64,000 nt of DNA from Phoronis australis (lineage: Eukaryota; Animalia; Phoronida): NCBI GenBank assembly GCA_002633005.1, contig NMRA01000225.1, forward strand, positions 508,275 through 572,274, written 5' to 3'. Of the stretch, positions 63,186 to 64,000 are shown piece by piece (positions within the stretch are counted from its first letter, which is position 1; the number at the start of each line of letters is the position of its first letter). Below the pieces are notes generated by a model that saw only the letters and a list, made by a program, of their open reading frames with translations, searched no databases and was not told the origin of the DNA. Made by a program: the position numbers and the translations under genes.

Positions 63186-63645
63186 TTTCCACCTAGGATG
63201 AAATATTTCAACCTAGGTGGAAATTATTTTCACCCGGGTGGAAAATATTTCAACCTAGGTGGAAATTATTTTCACCCGGGTGGAAACTATTATAACCTAC
63301 GTGGAAATTATTTTCACCTGGGTGGAAACTATTTCAACCTAGGTGGAAATTATTTCAAACTAGGTGGAAATTATTTTCACCCGGGTGGAAACTATTATAA
63401 CCTAGGTGGAAATTATTTTCACCCGGGTGGAAACTATTTCAACCTAGGTGGAAATTATTTCAACCTAGGTGGAAATTATTTTCCCCCGGGTGGAAAATAT
63501 TTCAACCTAGGTGGAAATTATTTTCACCCGGGTGGAAAATATTTCAACCTAGGTGGAAATTATTTTCACCCGGGTGGAAAATATTTCAACCTAGGTGGAA
63601 ATTATTTTCACCCGGGTGGAAATTATTTTCACCTGGGTGAAAATG
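63186..63645. repeat. 21-bp minisatellite (about 21 units), probably subterminal repeats of a TIR element starting at 63131
   Basis: Alternating units ttcaacctaggtggaaattat / ttcacccgggtggaaa(a/c)tat; TA-cggtggcccgaaag terminus at 63129-63144. Confidence 0.9.
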
Positions 63646-64000
63646 TTATACATCGGGGCACCTCTTTTCATCTGTGTTGTGATTGGATGAAGTCTTGTAG
63701 GCGAAGGTCGATTGGGCCAGCCATTTTGTTCAACAAAGTTCAGATTAGGTTGCAATTTCGGCGCCTTATCTGCCTCTTGGATTTGCCGCGGACTTTAACA
63801 GAGACAGTGTGATTACGTATTACTCCTAGTTCCAAAACAACTCTCTGAATAAAGTTGCCGGATTTCAGCAACGAACCCAAGCCATTAACAAATATAGTGT
63901 ATGGTGTAGAACGTTGAGAAATTTCCGATAAATAAATGACATATTGTTGTTGTCCAAAAGCCTCACCCTTCCCGTGCTGACAGGTTTCAAAGACTTAAAG

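Noticed and set aside
63198-63812. 204-aa repetitive ORF (YFNLGGN/YFHPGGN), or the array read as CRISPR
   Set aside because: The open frame is a by-product of a stop-free 21-bp minisatellite; there are no unique spacers or cas genes, and the context is eukaryotic.

Overview
Eukaryotic, intron-rich genomic DNA, most likely from a highly heterozygous invertebrate animal. It is not prokaryotic: no operons, rRNA, tRNA or CRISPR were seen. Three genes can be reconstructed by hand from GT-AG splice sites with consistent phases. (1) The last five exons (+, 4459-10860) of a proline-rich protein ending in an espin-type module with three PxWK motifs. (2) A complete 9-exon, 325-aa annexin (+, 15392-30139) with a CRE/TATA promoter. 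(3) A giant RNF213/mysterin-like AAA+ gene on the minus strand (about 55942 to 33142, about 4650 codons), mostly encoded by one 11.5-kb exon. The RNF213-like gene is the most unusual feature. Its 5' portion carries in-frame stops while about 3790 downstream codons are intact, it has no recognisable RING, and its RZ finger appears to lack the catalytic Cys. Introns and intergenic DNA hold a 5'-truncated LINE with an internal 5x145-bp amplification, an internally deleted Kolobok-like THAP element, a Tc1/mariner remnant, many MITEs and foldbacks, and a ~0.9-kb tandem repeat with conserved hairpins. Four near-identical duplications at N junctions are probably uncollapsed haplotypes. All family assignments come from motif recognition; no database search was run.
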